A DNA stretch of 46,430 nt from a virus (lineage: Duplodnaviria > Caudoviricetes). Below the pieces are notes generated by a model. It made no database searches and was not told the origin of the DNA. It worked only from the letters and a program-made list of their open reading frames with translations. The stretch lies in the IMG/VR virus record IMGVR_UViG_3300024286_000008, positions 1 through 46,430 of that record; one strand, written 5' to 3'. A program made the position numbers and the translations under genes. Every line of letters starts with the position of its first letter. Position 1 is the first letter of the stretch. Positions 18,782-28,914 of the stretch are shown piece by piece.

Positions 18782-20058
18782 GTGGCTAGCACCTGCAGAG
18801 GATTGACAATGAAGCTGGGGTTATCCAGCTGGTTGCGTCGCTCAATCTCCTCAAACCTGGAGGCATCCCCATACAGCTCATAGGCCAGCTGAAAGCTGCT
18901 GGTCACATCTGCAGGCACGTACGTGGTCAGCTGCTCCAGCTCCAAGGCAGTGAGATGGGCAAAGACAGCAGCCCGGAGATCCTGCAGGGCAGAGATGGGG
19001 TCTGCATCATGCTCAATCCCAGCCACCACAGAGGCTGCCTCATCCTCCAAGGCTTTGACCAGAGCATCCCGGATGGCCAGGGCCTGCTGGGAGCTGTCAA
19101 ACGTGGCATTACCTGAGGCCTCAGCCGTGGTGGCCAGGGCCAGCGATCGCATCATGTGTTTTAGGGCTGCATGGTTGCGTCGAATATCCTCGGCTTGGGC
19201 ATCTGGCTCTGGGTCTGTGCCCAGCTTGCCTGCCCCCTGGGTGGTCAGGGTCAGGGCCATGGTGCTGGCTGCCAGAGCATCCACAGCAGCCACGAAAGAG
19301 GACTCAGGCCTCACACTGTCAGGGCCCACAGCTGCTGCCACAGTGACCAGGGAATTGATCATCGATGCCAGGGCATCCTCGATAGCATCGGCACATTCCT
19401 GGGGGGTAAAGATGAGCTGCACGGACTCTGCTGCCAGCTGGGCAATCTGGTGAGCAGCATGGGCTGGCACAGCCAGGGCAGTGGAGACCGTGGCATTGAG
19501 CTCCCTCAAGTCAGCAATCATCTGGTCTAGCGTCTCGAGATTTGCCTGCTGCACGTAGTCCCTGACATCCTCCAGACTGAAATTGCGCACATATTCTGTT
19601 TTGGCAGCTACCTGGACTGCAGCTGCAGCAGTCTGCAGGTTGCCCCGAGTATCCTCCACCACGGCTGGGCCAGCAGTGACCAGCAGTGCTGCCTGAGACT
19701 GGACTGCCGAAAAACTAAACTCAGCCAGCCCCCCACTGTCAGTGGACTCAGAGACGCTTATCTCTGCCTCCACTTCCACCATCACAGAGCCCAGATAGGG
19801 ATGCACCAGGAGGCCTGGGCCTGGGGCCTCAATGGCCTCCATCAACTTGTCTCTGTCTCTGTCGTAATCTCCTCCGATTACAAAGACAGTCAGCTGGTAG
19901 CGTCTGGCCTTGCGTCCAAGGGGCAGGCCCTTGACCCCATCATCATTGAAAGGCAGCTCATAGATAGCCTTTCGCTGGCCTACGGTTGTAACCGCTGAAA
20001 CGGTTTTGAAAGGCACACCACGAAAGCTGCCATCCAGGTATCTGTCTCTCCAGGGCAT
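18778..20058 (-). CDS. DNA circularization / tail initiator protein, Mu gpN (gp43)-like
   Basis: WRDRYLDGSFRGVPF, GPGLLVHPYLG, C-terminal LAYELYGDASR...N. Confidence 0.92.
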   Translation of the reverse strand: MPWRDRYLDGSFRGVPFKTVSAVTTVGQRKAIYELPFNDDGVKGLPLGRKARRYQLTVFVIGGDYDRDRDKLMEAIEAPGPGLLVHPYLGSVMVEVEAEISVSESTDSGGLAEFSFSAVQSQAALLVTAGPAVVEDTRGNLQTAAAAVQVAAKTEYVRNFSLEDVRDYVQQANLETLDQMIADLRELNATVSTALAVPAHAAHQIAQLAAESVQLIFTPQECADAIEDALASMINSLVTVAAAVGPDSVRPESSFVAAVDALAASTMALTLTTQGAGKLGTDPEPDAQAEDIRRNHAALKHMMRSLALATTAEASGNATFDSSQQALAIRDALVKALEDEAASVVAGIEHDADPISALQDLRAAVFAHLTALELEQLTTYVPADVTSSFQLAYELYGDASRFEEIERRNQLDNPSFIVNPLQVLAT

Positions 20059-20061
20059 GGG

Positions 20062-21993
20062 CTACCTAGCCCCTGGGGGTGGAGCCTGGCCAGTACGAAG
20101 GGGCACACCACCCTTGCTCTGGGTGCGTACCTTGACCCTATCGTCCGAGACAGTGACCTCAATCTGGCCACTCACAGCATTGAACTGGCCACCAGGCACA
20201 GCTGAGAATGGCTCCCCAGTGCTGGGGGTGGTGCCTTTCCAGGTGGCCTGCAGTGCCTCTGTCTCGTTTTTGTTCCGTGCCAGGTTGCCGCTGTAGGCAC
20301 CCCCTGTAAAAAAGTCCATGAATTTGCGCCAATTCTCAGCCTGGGCTGCAGTCTGATAACCAGCCGCACCCTGCCCAGACTTTTGCAAGGCTGCTGCCTC
20401 TCCAAGAGTCTCGACAGTGGGGCCCTGAGTCGTGGCCTGCCCAGCCTTGATTGCTATGTGGGCAGAGAGCAGACCATTTTTGAGGTCAAGGGTCTTACCG
20501 ATGAGCTCATCCAGCATCGTGCCAATTTCCCACCCTAGGGCAAAGGCACCGGCTGCACCAAAGAGACGTGTGGCTGCCACAGTGGTCGCACCCAGGTTGC
20601 CACCCAGGCTTTGCGTGGCCAGGTCAACAGAGCCGATCATCTTTGCCGTGAGTCTGAGAGGAGCTCCCAGGGCCTGCACTGCAATCTGACCACCTTTGAT
20701 ATTCGTGCCAAAAAAGCCGGCTGCCAGGGCTGCACCCTTGAGGGCAGCTGTAACCCCGATAAGCCCCACAGTCAGCTGTCCCAGGTTGGCCACCACCTTG
20801 GGGTTTTTGGCAATCCACTCCCCCATGGATGTCAGCCAGGGCCTTGCCTTATCGGCTGCCTCCAGCAGTGCAGGGGCCAGCTGCTCCCCAGCTGCCACCT
20901 TGAGGGCATCCACCTGGCTCGTTAGCCTCTTGAGCTTGGCAGCCGTGGTGTTGCCCAGGACGGCACTAGCATCGTCCATGGCCCCCTTGGTTTTCTCCAT
21001 GGCATTGGCCATTTTGTCGAAAGCCGTGCCATTTTCGTCTGCCTTTTGCCCGGCTGCGATGAGGGACAGGACGGTTTTGTTCGTCTCCCTACCAAATACC
21101 TGAGTGACAAGGGCCATCCTCTGAGCCTCATCAAGGTGCTTTTTGTCGAAAGCCTCCCCCAGTTGTTTCAGTACAGAGATGGGGTCTTTGACACCCTTAG
21201 CCAGGTCCTTTGCTGAGAGTCCGATAGCCTTGAGGGCTGTGACAGACTTCTTACTGGGGGCGGCCATGCCTGCAAGCATGCTGCTCAGCCCCGTACCAGC
21301 CATGGATGCCTCAATGCCAGCGTTACCCAACAGAGCCACCATAGCGGCTGTATTCTTGAGGCTGATGCCTGCATTAGAGGCTACAGGCCCCACGTAGGTA
21401 AGAGACTGGGCAATGTCCTCCAGGCCGATGGTGGAGGCATTGGAGGCCTTGAGCAGGATATCCCCAATGTCTCCCACATCCTCAGCATGCAGCCCAAACT
21501 GGGCCATAGCATTGGCTGCGATCGCAGTGGCTCTCCCCACCCCTACCTCACCAGCCTGGGCCAGTTGCAGGATCTTAGGTAGGGCCTCCAGCTGCTGCTT
21601 TACCGAGAAGCCAGCAGCTGCCATCTCTGTCAGCCCGTCTGCTGCCTCAGTGGCAGAGAAACCAGTGGCTGCCCCAGCCTCCAGAGCTGCCTTTTTCATA
21701 GCAGCAAAGCCCTGGGCTGTGACCCCATCCATCTTGGACTTGGCCCGTGCCATGGCCGATTCAAACTTGGAAAACTCCTCAATGGGGGCACTCAGCAGCC
21801 CCGTCAGAGCTCCCTGGACTTTGCCCAGGCCCTCAGCTGCCTGGTTGGCAGTGGCCCCAAACTCAAGGGCCTTTTTGAAGTCCTTACCCTTTTGGGCAAC
21901 CTTGGCGAATTCCTCATTGACAGCCTTGAGGCTGTTGACACCCAGGGCACGAATATTGAGCGTGAGGCTGGCTGTGAGGCTGGATGTGGACAT
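20062..21993 (-). CDS. Tape measure protein (TP901 family core)
   Basis: FESAMA, T.FSATEAA, GIEASMAGT, Ala-rich helical sequence. Confidence 0.93.
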   Translation of the reverse strand: MSTSSLTASLTLNIRALGVNSLKAVNEEFAKVAQKGKDFKKALEFGATANQAAEGLGKVQGALTGLLSAPIEEFSKFESAMARAKSKMDGVTAQGFAAMKKAALEAGAATGFSATEAADGLTEMAAAGFSVKQQLEALPKILQLAQAGEVGVGRATAIAANAMAQFGLHAEDVGDIGDILLKASNASTIGLEDIAQSLTYVGPVASNAGISLKNTAAMVALLGNAGIEASMAGTGLSSMLAGMAAPSKKSVTALKAIGLSAKDLAKGVKDPISVLKQLGEAFDKKHLDEAQRMALVTQVFGRETNKTVLSLIAAGQKADENGTAFDKMANAMEKTKGAMDDASAVLGNTTAAKLKRLTSQVDALKVAAGEQLAPALLEAADKARPWLTSMGEWIAKNPKVVANLGQLTVGLIGVTAALKGAALAAGFFGTNIKGGQIAVQALGAPLRLTAKMIGSVDLATQSLGGNLGATTVAATRLFGAAGAFALGWEIGTMLDELIGKTLDLKNGLLSAHIAIKAGQATTQGPTVETLGEAAALQKSGQGAAGYQTAAQAENWRKFMDFFTGGAYSGNLARNKNETEALQATWKGTTPSTGEPFSAVPGGQFNAVSGQIEVTVSDDRVKVRTQSKGGVPLRTGQAPPPGAR

Positions 21994-21997
21994 GATG

Positions 21998-22138
21998 TCA
22001 GCTCAGCACTGCTAGCCAAAAGGCCACATCCCACATATCCATTGCCAGCAGCTCACTGGGGGGCCAGTGCCTGGCCAGGATCCTGAGTGCAGCTATCAGG
22101 TCTGGGATGGTGGGGCTGGTGCCCCCCTGGCTTTTTTT
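21998..22138 (-). CDS. gpE'-like tail chaperone extension made by -1 programmed frameshift
   Basis: The -1 frame after A AAA AAA (22138-22132) reads ...LARHWPPSELLAMDMWDVAFWLAVLS*, ending 4 nt before the TMP start. Confidence 0.8.
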   Translation of the reverse strand, partial: KKSQGGTSPTIPDLIAALRILARHWPPSELLAMDMWDVAFWLAVLS

Positions 22139-22389
22139 GCAGCTGCCACAGCAGCCCCGATAGCCCGAAAATCATCAGCGTCCATGCGCTCAATGTCCGA
22201 TGGGAGCAGCCCACAGAGCCTGGCAAAAAGGGCCACGTCCTGGAGAAACCCATTGTCTGAGGCCTTGTTAGCCTCGATTAGGTCAGCCACCAGGACCCTG
22301 TCCCGTACCTCCACCACGCTCACAAGGCCCTTGCCTTTGATGTCGATAGGGTACTCAAGCGTAACTTTGATTATGCCGTTTCCGCTCAT
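22096..22389 (-). CDS. Tail assembly chaperone (gpE / Mu gp41-like)
   Basis: LEYPI, LFARLCGL, MDADDF; between tube and TMP. Confidence 0.87.
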   Translation of the reverse strand: MSGNGIIKVTLEYPIDIKGKGLVSVVEVRDRVLVADLIEANKASDNGFLQDVALFARLCGLLPSDIERMDADDFRAIGAAVAAAKKARGAPAPPSQT

Positions 22390-22391
22390 GC

Positions 22392-22736
22392 CTAAAACGC
22401 TGGGTTACCCTCAAATTCTACGTCTGCCTCACCCTCAGTTTTCAGGACTGGGGGCTTAGTGCAGCAGGCATCCCGGACTGTGTAATCGACACCTGTGTCA
22501 GTGGAAAAAACCAAAGTTACGGACTGCGCTGCAGCCACCTTGGCCAGGTCTGTGTCTCCACCGTGGATGATGGTGCCTTTGATTTTTCCAGCGCTGGGGG
22601 TCTCTGTGTACCCAACACGCCTACCATCGGCAAACTTGGAGGCTCTCTCCTGACCACCCATGTCCAACTCGGAGTTGACCATGCGCAGTGAGAGGCCATC
22701 CATACGAACAATGCAGGTGCCTGTCAGTTTTGCCAT
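22392..22736 (-). CDS. Tail tube protein (Mu-like)
   Basis: MGGQER, GYTETP, FSTDTG..Y, VEFEG; follows sheath. Confidence 0.87.
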   Translation of the reverse strand: MAKLTGTCIVRMDGLSLRMVNSELDMGGQERASKFADGRRVGYTETPSAGKIKGTIIHGGDTDLAKVAAAQSVTLVFSTDTGVDYTVRDACCTKPPVLKTEGEADVEFEGNPAF

Positions 22737-22745
22737 GGTCTAGCC

Positions 22746-24218
22746 TCAGCGTGTAAATGCGATCTTCATCGCACCCACCAGGAAGTTGTTTATGCAGTCA
22801 GGTGGGACAAACATGTTGAGTCGATTGGGGTCTGAGGCATCTCGCTCCACAATGAGCTGCTGCTCAAACGTGGCGAAATTCTCCACCCAGCCCTTGTCTT
22901 CTAAACAGGCCTTATACCAGGCCAGGACCTCAGTCCTAACGATCTTCGGGGTGGCGATCGGCTGCCCAGGCTGCTCATTGCCATCGTCTGCCAGCTTGAA
23001 GCGGGCAAACTTGGTACCGATCACAGCTCTCAGCGTGTATCGGAGAGCTGACAAAGTCCTGACAGTAAACAGATCCATGTAGGCAGTGTCAGGGACGTTG
23101 GCTGCGTTTTTCTGGTAGGTGGTGATAAACCTCTCAGCTGCCATCCTGCCATCAGAGGCAGCCATGACAGTGGAGATGCCCTTGCCCAGCAGGGTGTCTC
23201 TCTGGGCCCGAGTAAACCGGACACCACGATGGGCAGAGGCACCACCCAGCATCAGCCCTGTGACTGCCTGGGCTGGGTCGATTTGCGTCTGCGATGCTGA
23301 GACAGCTGCAGCACGGGCAGTGACCTCCCAGGGCAGTGGAGTCAGCCCAGAGATCTCACGCCCCACGATGCTGAGGGTTACTGAGTTATAGGTGGGCCCC
23401 AGTGTGCCCAGGTTGGCAAAGGTATCAGCCTTGGAGATGAATAACTGGCCATCGATGGAGCGCATGGCATTCCACCTGGACTCCATCTCAGTGATGAGCT
23501 TAGCCACTTCCGTGCTGGAGTCCGTGCACAGGGCAATGGTGTGATATTGATCTTCACCCATGGCCGTAACTGCCAGGCCAAAGTCAGGATCTGTGGCACC
23601 TGCAGCCGGCTGGGTAACCGTATAGGTAAACCCTGCCAGAATGCGCTCCCCAGGCGTGAGGGCAACACCCAGCTTGATACCGTTTCCAGCCGTGCCCTTG
23701 TGGACAGCCACAACGTCAATGCCCGTGCCTGTGTTGCCCGCCACTGTCACGGGCAGGTCAGTCTGGAGGGCCAGGGCTGCCAGCAGGTTAGTCTCCAGCA
23801 CCGTGGCTGTCATGCCTACGGTAATGCCTGTGGTGACTCTCCTGCCACCAATGTAAAACGCCTGTTCCCCAGCCTCTGTGGCAGTGCCAGCCCAGGTAAT
23901 GGAGCCTGTGGCTGCCACACCACCACCAGCATCAGCCAGGGGAATGGCCCAGAGCTCTGTCAGGGGGTCTACTGCCTTGTAGGCCTTGACTGCCTGGGCC
24001 AGCATGGACTTGGGCCCGAAAAGCTGGATAGCACTCTCAGCCGTATCCACCAGGACAGGGGTGCTGGCCTGGGCTGACCCAGTGGCCAGCATCTGGCCGA
24101 TAATCAGGGCCACGTGTGGCAGTGGTGGGAGACCACGGGCAGCACGTGAGGAGTCAAACTCAGCAAACATCCCCGGTGTATTAACCACCAGTGGAATCTG
24201 ATTAAATGTGATCCCCAT
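22746..24218 (-). CDS. Contractile tail sheath protein (Mu gpL-like)
   Basis: ITFNQIP...PG.FAEFDSS, FGPKSML, ITTYQKN, KLADDG, DPNRLN. Confidence 0.95.
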   Translation of the reverse strand: MGITFNQIPLVVNTPGMFAEFDSSRAARGLPPLPHVALIIGQMLATGSAQASTPVLVDTAESAIQLFGPKSMLAQAVKAYKAVDPLTELWAIPLADAGGGVAATGSITWAGTATEAGEQAFYIGGRRVTTGITVGMTATVLETNLLAALALQTDLPVTVAGNTGTGIDVVAVHKGTAGNGIKLGVALTPGERILAGFTYTVTQPAAGATDPDFGLAVTAMGEDQYHTIALCTDSSTEVAKLITEMESRWNAMRSIDGQLFISKADTFANLGTLGPTYNSVTLSIVGREISGLTPLPWEVTARAAAVSASQTQIDPAQAVTGLMLGGASAHRGVRFTRAQRDTLLGKGISTVMAASDGRMAAERFITTYQKNAANVPDTAYMDLFTVRTLSALRYTLRAVIGTKFARFKLADDGNEQPGQPIATPKIVRTEVLAWYKACLEDKGWVENFATFEQQLIVERDASDPNRLNMFVPPDCINNFLVGAMKIAFTR

Positions 24219-24267
24219 GTGCACCCTCTAGCAGGTAAACGGCAAAAATGGAATTTGATTTTAGACG

Positions 24268-24864
24268 TTAGCCACCACTGGGAGGCTCCCAGGTAGGTGG
24301 TAGGGATGTAACCCCTGTCCAATCGCCACCAGCATCTGTGGCGTGAGGTCTCTCAGGATCTAGCTCAGGCAGCAGATCCCAGACTGCATACCAGCGTTTC
24401 CACTCTGCTGTGACATCATCCCCCACCAGGTCAACACTCTGTTGGAAGCCCAGGGCCCACATGGCCACTCCTGTTTTATCCAGGGGGGTGCCAAATAGGT
24501 TACGTGCAGAGATCTCCGATGGGGGTGTCAGTGACAGGCTATCGACCCACCAACGATCCTTGAGTGCCCGGATAGCAGCATCCACCAACTCGATACAGCG
24601 GCTGTGCTGGTCCTGCCCGGCTGTGGCCTTGTTTATGCAGACCAGCCCGAATGAACAGACCCCCACCTGGGCTGGGCCCTGCCTCACCACTTCCACATTC
24701 AGGAGGGCCAGGGCCAGGGCTGGAGCTGAGACAAAGTACCGTTTGAGATCTTCGAGCTTGAAGTCACCACCATGGACAAACGTGGTGGCAGTCAAGGCCA
24801 CCAGCCCAGGATCCTCGGATAGGCCTTGAGCAATACCATCCCTGAGCTGGAGAAGGGCTGTCAT
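24268..24864 (-). CDS. Tail terminator / completion protein (Mu gp37-like)
   Basis: HGGDF, APAL, ARNLF..., GVAMW; synteny. Confidence 0.7.
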   Translation of the reverse strand: MTALLQLRDGIAQGLSEDPGLVALTATTFVHGGDFKLEDLKRYFVSAPALALALLNVEVVRQGPAQVGVCSFGLVCINKATAGQDQHSRCIELVDAAIRALKDRWWVDSLSLTPPSEISARNLFGTPLDKTGVAMWALGFQQSVDLVGDDVTAEWKRWYAVWDLLPELDPERPHATDAGGDWTGVTSLPPTWEPPSGG

Positions 24865-24867
24865 GCC

Positions 24868-25338
24868 TCAGGAGCTCCTGGCAGGGTCACACCAGTCCAG
24901 AACCATCTCCAGAATCTCATCCTCATTGTCCTGGGACAGGCCTAGGTAAGGACGGTCCGGGATGTTTCTCTCTTCCCATCCGTACTGGTGCACGTTGGCA
25001 TAAACCATGGATGAGCCAACCACCACAGTGTTGCCATTGAGGGCCTTGCCTACAATGGAGTCCCTGAGCCTGCCCTCAAATAGGAGCAGGGAGTGGTTAG
25101 CCTTGCGCTGCTCTTTCGTGGAGTCAGCCCACCCATCCCAGGCCTTGCCCTCAGGATCGGTTTTTTCGTCCTGGATGCGGCGTCGGACTTGGGTCTCCAT
25201 CATGGCAGCAATGCCACTGGCCAGGCCCTTGGGCCTTCGTAGCCTGTCACCCCAGGCAGCCAGCTTCTCCCTCATCCGGTCAAGCTGCTGAGTGCTGACC
25301 TGGATGGAGGGCCCCACTGGCTGCTTGACCGTGGTCAC
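24868..25338 (-). CDS. Virion morphogenesis protein (Mu gpG / tail S family)
   Basis: DPEGKAW, GRLRDSI, VYANVHQYG, IPDRPYLGLS. Confidence 0.92.
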   Translation of the reverse strand: MTTVKQPVGPSIQVSTQQLDRMREKLAAWGDRLRRPKGLASGIAAMMETQVRRRIQDEKTDPEGKAWDGWADSTKEQRKANHSLLLFEGRLRDSIVGKALNGNTVVVGSSMVYANVHQYGWEERNIPDRPYLGLSQDNEDEILEMVLDWCDPARSS

Positions 25339-25808
25339 AAGCTCCTCAGCGTGTCACGTGTAAACCGTCTGGCCCCACAGTCAGCTATCTCCAGGGTCTC
25401 ACGCTCGGTTAGCGTATCAGCCTGGACTGCACTGTTGACCGTGGCACCCACGATGTTTGGGTCCGTAGGGTCTGGGGCCACCAGCCTGATTTTGTTCGTG
25501 GCCACCATCTCCAGGTACCTGACAGCTGCATCGTATCGCTTTGAGATCTCCTCAGTCAGCACGTCTGCAGTGGGACGGCTGCGATACATGGCAATGTCAA
25601 CGCAGTAAATGGCAACATTCTTGGGCACTGGGCTCAATGGCAGAGTCACTCTCCCAGCCAGATATCCATCAATCTCATTCGTGGCAGCATCCAGGAAAAG
25701 CTCAAAAACCCCAGTGTCCCTAGCCCCGTCCTTGTCCCTGTCCGTTCCGACAATGACAGCATCCTCACCATAAAGGCTGATAGCTGTTAGGACGGTAGCG
25801 TAGGCCAT
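25335..25808 (-). CDS. Head-tail adaptor (Mu gp36/gpJ-like)
   Basis: MAYAT, EIDGYLAGR..LPL, DIAMYR, RYDAAVRYL. Confidence 0.88.
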   Translation of the reverse strand: MAYATVLTAISLYGEDAVIVGTDRDKDGARDTGVFELFLDAATNEIDGYLAGRVTLPLSPVPKNVAIYCVDIAMYRSRPTADVLTEEISKRYDAAVRYLEMVATNKIRLVAPDPTDPNIVGATVNSAVQADTLTERETLEIADCGARRFTRDTLRSL

Positions 25809-25811
25809 GGG

Positions 25812-26231
25812 CTAACCCCTCTTGGAGCCACCCTGCCACAGGTCCTTGACCTCCAGCTGGGTGTCTGCCTGGAGCTTCCGTAGCTCCTCACCATTGAAAA
25901 AAGCAGCCTCAAAAAGCTGGGCCTGGGGCGTGAATAGCTGCCCACACCGGTAGCGCTGGGCCTGTGTTGCCCTAATCTCCCATCGATACACGACTGCAGG
26001 GGCCTGATCTGCTGCTGGTGCGTGTGACGTCTCGGAGGGTCCTGGGCTGGAGCTGACAGCACTAGCTACCAGCACGTCAAAGCAGGCCCCTGCAATCTCA
26101 TCAGGGAGGCCACGCATACGGGGTATGGCAAAACCCTCCGTACGCATGAGCTGGGAGAGCTCACCCTTACCCAGCCGTGCAGCCTGCGTAATAAAGGCCT
26201 CCCTAGTAAACCCTTTCCACTGCCTGGCCAT
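25812..26231 (-). CDS. Mu gp35/HI1506-like protein
   Basis: C-terminal RYRCGQLF...LQADTQLEV motif; follows capsid gene. Confidence 0.65.
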   Translation of the reverse strand: MARQWKGFTREAFITQAARLGKGELSQLMRTEGFAIPRMRGLPDEIAGACFDVLVASAVSSSPGPSETSHAPAADQAPAVVYRWEIRATQAQRYRCGQLFTPQAQLFEAAFFNGEELRKLQADTQLEVKDLWQGGSKRG

Positions 26232-26234
26232 AGA

Positions 26235-27146
26235 TCACGGCAACCAGGGAGCGCAGATAATGCGAAAGGCCTTGTAAACCGGGTTTGGGGTGTAGGCCGT
26301 ATCCACAAACTGACTGTCAACAGCCTGAGTCAGGACATCGTGCTTGCTGCGCCCGCAGATGATGAGGTCTGGGTCAATGCCCAGCTCTCTGCCCTGGTCA
26401 TTTTTCATGCTGCGCATACGCAGCCGGAGGTCAGTCAGCTCAGTCCTGAGCTCTGCCACTGTGCTGCCAGTCTTGGAGCGCATGGCCTGTTGCCAAAAGC
26501 CGTAGCCATAGTTACCCCGGGCACGGGCACCATAGAGAAACTCATCAAACTTGAATACGTGGTCAGAGCTGGTGTCAGTCAGACTGTCAAAGCTGACATC
26601 CTCACGCCGCTGAAAAATAATCGGCTTGAGTGGCTTTGTCGTATCCAGGAGATAGAAGTAGGCACCAACGTTGCCACCATTCGGATTGTCATTGCTGACA
26701 ACAGTGATGGCAGCATCCATCCCTACAGGGTGGTCCGTATCGAAATAGTTTTGCTTATCAAAGCAAAGACCATTCGAGACCAAGGCCTCAAAGCAGAGCT
26801 TATTGGGCCACAGCTTGGCAGCATCAGCCAGCATCTGGGTCCGGGCTGAGTAGATACCGATCACATCGTCTCTAAGATCGTCAGCCTGGGCACGTAGCGT
26901 GCGCTCAAACTTACGATTCTTGACGTTGTAGTCATGGCTGGCCAGTTGAGTCAGGACTCGACCACCAATCCACTCACGCAGTTCCTCAGCTTCTCCGAGC
27001 CACGTGTAATCGTTACGGGCTGAGGAGCTGGGCACGATGGTGGCGAATTGCAGGTACTGGTCGGGGACATTGGTGACCATTGCCCCACGAAAAACCGCGC
27101 TGATGCCACGAAAGAAGGTGTCCAGGTTTTGCCGGTTGATATCCAT
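26235..27146 (-). CDS. Mu-like major capsid protein (gpT)
   Basis: YTWLG, LREWIG, NYFDTDHPV, KPIIFQRR, GYGFWQ. Confidence 0.95.
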   Translation of the reverse strand: MDINRQNLDTFFRGISAVFRGAMVTNVPDQYLQFATIVPSSSARNDYTWLGEAEELREWIGGRVLTQLASHDYNVKNRKFERTLRAQADDLRDDVIGIYSARTQMLADAAKLWPNKLCFEALVSNGLCFDKQNYFDTDHPVGMDAAITVVSNDNPNGGNVGAYFYLLDTTKPLKPIIFQRREDVSFDSLTDTSSDHVFKFDEFLYGARARGNYGYGFWQQAMRSKTGSTVAELRTELTDLRLRMRSMKNDQGRELGIDPDLIICGRSKHDVLTQAVDSQFVDTAYTPNPVYKAFRIICAPWLP

Positions 27147-27168
27147 GTTTGGTTTTTCGCAGTTCCTA

Positions 27169-27591
27169 TCAAACGGAAGTGGACAGGCCTACCGCCACAA
27201 CAGCGTTGCCAGTGTCAGCAATATCGAAGAGGATGCCAGCAGCAGCTCTGGTCCCAGTCCCATCGGTTTTGCCGACAGTCTGGTCATTGATGGCATAGAC
27301 CTTTTTGCCAATGTCATTGATCGTCAAAGCATCAGCAGCTCCAGCGATCGTGAGCTCGACAAAGCCAGACCGGATGGGCACGGTTAGGATGCCATCCCCG
27401 ATAACCTTTTTCTCAGCGATGCCCAGGGCTACCCCAGTAGCCAGAGGCCCAGCTTGCTCCACCAGACCCGTGGCTGGATTCAAGACAACCAGGGCACCTT
27501 TCCACAAGGTGACACCGGACTTGACAACCTTCTCACGCTCCACCCCAGAGTGGATTTTAGCGTCTCGGTTAGCTGATAAAATGCCTGCCAT
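27169..27591 (-). CDS. Capsid decoration/cement protein
   Basis: KGALV, DIGKKVYA.NDQTV, R.AAG; directly upstream of capsid gene. Confidence 0.75.
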   Translation of the reverse strand: MAGILSANRDAKIHSGVEREKVVKSGVTLWKGALVVLNPATGLVEQAGPLATGVALGIAEKKVIGDGILTVPIRSGFVELTIAGAADALTINDIGKKVYAINDQTVGKTDGTGTRAAAGILFDIADTGNAVVAVGLSTSV

Positions 27592-27637
27592 GACTAGAGC
27601 CCTTTACGGTCAGAATTCTTAGAGGATGTGACTCAGG

Positions 27638-28645
27638 TCAGGAGGTCAGCTCACTACGGCTCTTGAGGAATTCCTCCTCAGACACCTGGAGGTCTTTGCA
27701 AATCGCTTGCTGCTGGGGGGTGAGCTTGCTGCCACCACCACCGTTGCCCCCATTGCCGCCACCCACGGGCCCAGCATTGGTAGCCACGAGCACGGGCAGG
27801 GACGCAATCAGCTCCTGGAGCAGCTTGAGGCTCTCGAGACTGGAGCCACCTTGTTTGACAAAGGCCTCACGTGAGCCTGGAGCTACCTTGCCAGCTGCGA
27901 TGCCTGAATCCACAACGGCATTGACAGCAATCAGATGGGCCTCACTCGGGGCAGCTGCATTCCCTGCCACGGCTGCCACGGGGCTACCAGTGGAGCCCTT
28001 GGCAGCCACCAGCCCAGCTAAGGTGTCCTGGATTTTGGAGAGCACGCTGCCAAGCTCTGGAGCAACACCAGCCTTGGGCTGGGCCTGCACCACAGCCACG
28101 ATCTTGGCTGCGATCTGCTCATCTGTGGCATCTGCTGCCAGCCCCAGTGCCTGGAGTTGTTCGGCTGTCAGTTTCATGTGTGTGTGATCCTGAGAATTGA
28201 GGGCTGGCAAGTCCAGATTAGGGGAATTCGTAAGACCCACAGAGTGCAGCCCACGCACAGCCCCCAGCACGCCACTAGCACTTTGTGCAGTGTGAAACAA
28301 GGCAGGTGAGACGTATCTGTATGCCTTTTTTGAAAAAAGGTCCAGGCCGTAGGGGGTCCACTCAACAGCAGCCTCCAGCCCCTGGTCCGTAAATGAAAAA
28401 TCGGAGAGCCACCCAGCTGCAGGGCTAGGCTGCCCGTTCGGGGCTGCATGCACAGAGGCGTGATTTTCATCCAGGAGGATGGGCCTCTGGGAGAGCTGGA
28501 CCAGGATAGCTGCACGATCCTTGACGGCCCAGGCCCTGCCATCTCTGCCACGAATCTCAGGCCCTGAGGGCAACACCACGATACGTTTGGGAGGCTCTCC
28601 TCCAAACGCAATAGGCATCGCAGCACAGAGGGCTACAAAATTCAT
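27638..28645 (-). CDS. Mu-like prohead protease gpI with C-terminal scaffold (probable internal start gpZ at 28177)
   Basis: GRDGRAW, DENH, PAAGW, VEWT, YRYVSP, GLTNSPNL. Confidence 0.93.
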   Translation of the reverse strand: MNFVALCAAMPIAFGGEPPKRIVVLPSGPEIRGRDGRAWAVKDRAAILVQLSQRPILLDENHASVHAAPNGQPSPAAGWLSDFSFTDQGLEAAVEWTPYGLDLFSKKAYRYVSPALFHTAQSASGVLGAVRGLHSVGLTNSPNLDLPALNSQDHTHMKLTAEQLQALGLAADATDEQIAAKIVAVVQAQPKAGVAPELGSVLSKIQDTLAGLVAAKGSTGSPVAAVAGNAAAPSEAHLIAVNAVVDSGIAAGKVAPGSREAFVKQGGSSLESLKLLQELIASLPVLVATNAGPVGGGNGGNGGGGSKLTPQQQAICKDLQVSEEEFLKSRSELTS

Positions 28646-28689
28646 GAGATGCTGGAGAGTGGCATAAAATCAAAAATACCACCAGACAT

Positions 28690-28914
28690 TTATCTCCAGC
28701 CACCCACATACGGCTTTGCACCCTTGGGCCGTAAAAGCAGCAGGGACTCAGCTGCGATATCCGAGGGGACAGCAACTTGCCCAAACCACAGCTGATACCA
28801 GATGGCCTCAGGTAGGTCCCCAGTCTCAGCGATAATCCTCTGGGCACAGGCCACCCTTTGGGCCCAGGTGTGCAAGGGCAGCATGCCAGTCAGGATTTTG
28901 TCGGCTTGAGTCAT
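28690..28914 (-). CDS. Small protein coupled to MuF (possible immunity partner)
   Basis: 74 aa; ATGA overlap with the MuF stop; fills the gap before gpI. Confidence 0.6.
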   Translation of the reverse strand: MTQADKILTGMLPLHTWAQRVACAQRIIAETGDLPEAIWYQLWFGQVAVPSDIAAESLLLLRPKGAKPYVGGWR

